Positions 60,810-64,000 of a stretch of DNA of 64,000 bases are shown here, piece by piece. The stretch is from Eledone cirrhosa (Eukaryota), in the NCBI GenBank assembly GCA_964016885.1, contig OZ024749.1, forward strand, positions 42,966,001 to 43,030,000. The letters are read 5' to 3'. The position numbers and the translations under genes were made by a program. Position 1 is the stretch's first letter; each line of letters opens with the position of its first letter. A model generated the notes under the pieces. That model was given only the letters and a program-made list of their open reading frames with translations. It made no database searches and was not told where the DNA came from.

Positions 60810-60857
<48 letters not shown>

Positions 60858-61209
60858 AGAGAGAGAGAGAGAGAGAGAGAGAAGTATACATAATCTGCGT
60901 ATCTCGAGCTGCTGTGAAATACAATACACTTGTCACATTGGTCCTATTTTTAACATGAACTCTCTTATCAGTCATATAACTCAGCCTTTCATATAATATT
61001 TAAATACCTCGCTTATACGCTGCCGATATCCATCTGATAAAGGTGAGAGATATTCACTGATGTCGCTTATATCATATGAATTTCTCTCTTGATATCTATA
61101 TTTAGTTTAACGACTATTTATATCTGTATCATTTTATACGGGAAGCTTTTATGTACGTCATTGTTTATGTTGATTTGGTATCTGAGATATCTGTAAATAG
61201 ACGTCATGG

Positions 61210-61372
61210 TTTCTGGTTTTGGCCCAAGGCCAGCAATTTTTTTTTTGTTTTTTTTTTTGGGGGGGGGGGATGGGAAAGGAGATTAAATCGACACCAGTGC
61301 ATTACTGGTACTTTATTTTATCGACCCACAAGGATGAAAGACAAAGCTAACCTCAGCGGGATTTGAACTCAG
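61210..61372 (-). mobile_element. Meta-type SINE
   Basis: CTGGTACTTTATTTTATCGACCCACAAGGATGAAAGACAAAG. Confidence 0.8.
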
Positions 61373-61421
61373 AAAATAATCATTGTACGTTTGTATCAGT
61401 CATACTCACACGCCCCACCTC

Positions 61422-61478
<57 letters not shown>

Positions 61479-61491
61479 ATGTATGTATGTA

Positions 61492-61930
61492 TGCAGGCAA
61501 CTCTCGGATGCTACTGGTAACATGTAACCCAGTACAACCTGTCTCATGGTCGGGTCATCGGCGACTAAACCGGCAACCCCACCAAGCTTGCTTGGTGAGG
61601 AGGGGGATATTGTGACACCCTGCGGGATGAAATACAACACCTGGCGAATGGCGGAGGAACTCAGCAGAGTCAACGGCCATCCAAATAGTACTTTTTTTTT
61701 TTTTTTTCCACCTGGGAGTGAAAGGACTCCAGTTGTTGTCACAACACCTTTCTAAGAGAGGGAAACTCTGAAAAAAACCTGCGGCTTCGGAAACATCCGA
61801 TGATGTTGACCAGTTCGCCTTTTCGGATAGTGTTTTCGATGCTCAGAGAGTGGGATTGGTCGAGTGCAAGGCCTTTCCCCCACTTAAACAACCTTCAAAG
61901 CACAGCCATTGCTTGTTCAGGATATTTTAC
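61492..61930 (+). mobile_element. GC-rich repeat fragment resembling an RTE LINE 5' UTR
   Basis: GGCGACTAAACCGGCAACCCC and AGAGAGGGAAACTCTGA..AAACC motifs; recognised by resemblance only. Confidence 0.4.
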
Positions 61931-62067
61931 AGGTTCATGTGGCTGACTGTAGCTTAAAGGTGTACCATTTTCTGTAATGTGACAGGCGATTGCAATACTC
62001 TTAGCAGAGTTTGCAGCCATCATGTATGGATGTATCTATATTCTGGTTTCATTATTTCACCAAAAGT

Positions 62068-62211
62068 ACCGAGGTTGACTTTGCCTTTCATCCTTACGGG
62101 GTCGATAAAATAAAGTACCAGTAATGCACTGCGTAATTGCTGGCCTTGTGCCTAAAGTAGAAACAATTATTTCATCAAAAGTAGAAATAATTATTTCATA
62201 AATTTTCACTA

Positions 62212-62294
<83 letters not shown>

Positions 62295-62725
62295 CTAACA
62301 TAGAAACAATACACTTTCATTGAAATTTAGCCATCAGTGCAGATTTCTCATTAGTTCAGCATAACTGTTATATATATTTTTTTTACTAATCTTTAGCATC
62401 GTATTGATATGAGGGCGGTAGATTGCCAGCATCAATGGAGCGTCGGACAATATGCTTTATGACATAGGGTTACGCCCCTTTACGATCTGAGTTCAATTCG
62501 CGCCGAGGTTAGCTTTGCCTTCATCCTTACGGCGTATAGGGGTGGGTAGCTTTCTCAGCAGAGGTTGATGGGTCTTTTAGATATCTGATGCATTTGTCTG
62601 AAATCAATATCATGAAAGGCAAGCGGGTTCGATAAAATAAATCCCCAGTAATGCACTGAGGTCGATTTAATCGAATATCATCTTCCCCTAAATTGCTGGC
62701 CTTCTGCCTATAGTAGAAACAATTA
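62068..62725 (+). mobile_element. Two Meta-type SINEs; the second is interrupted by ~90 bp of unrelated sequence (~62533-62622)
   Basis: GCCTT(T)CATCCTTACGG at 62083 and 62517; the core resumes at CGGGTTCGATAAAATAA (62624). Confidence 0.75.
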
Positions 62726-63737
62726 CATTGATATCTGCTGGGCAACTCATTTCCACCGTGCAAGGCTTCTTTTCTCTTTCCTATATCACCATATCTGCTC
62801 TGTTATGTTTGAATATTATGTTGATGTTTACTAGAATATTCCACCAGTACTCTTTCATATTGGTGTCATCCATCTTGTCCATGTCATACTTATTTATTGC
62901 ATTAGATGTTGGTGTATACATAAGCGCTTATCTATGTGTCTTTGTTTATTTGTATGTATATGTGTATATTTTTGTATAAGTTTGTGTCGATGTATATGAT
63001 TGTGTAAATGTAAGACCGTGTATTTGCGTCTGCATGTGCATATGTATATGATCTACCTCGGTCTGTATGTTCGTATTTCAGTTTGCGTGCTTGAATGCGT
63101 CTGTGTGTTATTTATATGTGAATCTCTACCTCTTTTTGTATGATGTGTCTATGTAAGTGATTATACAAGTGTGTATTTGTGCCTGTGGCCGTGTGCATGC
63201 GTTTGTGTCAGCGCGAGTGCTTTTGCGTGTGTAAATATGTGTGTGTTTGCGTCCTTGTTTGTGTGCATGTGTATTTGTATAAGGAGACAAATATACAACA
63301 TTAACGCTAGTCTTTTGCCGGCACTCTGTTGCCAGTTCTGTGAGAAACTGTTGGCTGGGAATCCTAACATAGCTAATATACAGTACATTAATAATAAAAA
63401 AAAAGACCTACGTAACTAGACATAAAACTTTCACATCCATATGTGAGGGAAAAATCTAATCATGACAATATTTCCGGATCCGGAAGCTTTGTAGGATACT
63501 AATGTATGTTCTTGTCGCAGTCACTTACTGCAACGACATAAAACCTAAGCTTATATCTATGTGTACGTCTCTCACCCCCCCCCTCTCTCTCTCCATCTCT
63601 CTTTTTGTCCCCCACCCCCTCTCTCTCTCTCACTATCAGACTTCATTTCTACCTTTCTCTCATACTGACAATTTTGCTGTCTTATATATATATGAGCACA
63701 CACTCACAAATATATATATAAACACACTAGAACACGA

Positions 63738-63807
<70 letters not shown>

Positions 63808-63914
63808 ACACACACACACATATTATATACATATACATAGGCAGATGTGAGCGAGTGCATGCTTATGTGTACACGAACGTGGTTGAGTGTTTGTGCGTGT
63901 GTGTGTGTTTGTAT

Positions 63915-63948
<34 letters not shown>

Positions 63949-64000
63949 TTGTGTGTGTGTGCTTGTGTGTGTGTGCTTGTGTGTGCTTGTGTGTGCATGT

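Noticed and set aside
61545-61660. HDV-like ribozyme in the putative RTE 5' UTR (GGCGAATGG motif)
   Set aside because: I could not find the matching P1/P2/P3 pairings or L3 loop by eye.

Overview
Eukaryotic, very AT- and microsatellite-rich intergenic/intronic DNA. The repeat content (Meta-type, CORE-type and Nin-like tRNA-SINEs, huge (TA)n/(CA)n/(GA)n arrays) is typical of an octopus (coleoid cephalopod) genome; that attribution is inference. Nearly all ORFs in the track are microsatellite artefacts. Real features are many SINE copies, MITEs of three DNA-transposon superfamilies (mariner/TA, piggyBac/TTAA, hAT/8-bp TSD), RTE-type LINE ends, a Penelope-like GIY-YIG fragment, minisatellites and one plausible coding exon with a GTGAGT donor (26594-26702). 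The most striking signal is a dense set of short, (TA)n-flanked modules carrying minimal type-I hammerhead ribozyme (HHR) folds of the Penelope type. There are about nine near-intact copies plus several decayed ones. Seven of them (two being mirror copies) share an invariant C-C mismatch in a covarying stem II. Two copies form an expanded two-hairpin variant, and several fold-back palindromes appear centred on an HHR-like stem II (TTTC-stem-GAAA-stemIII-UH). All folds were paired by eye and none has been tested.
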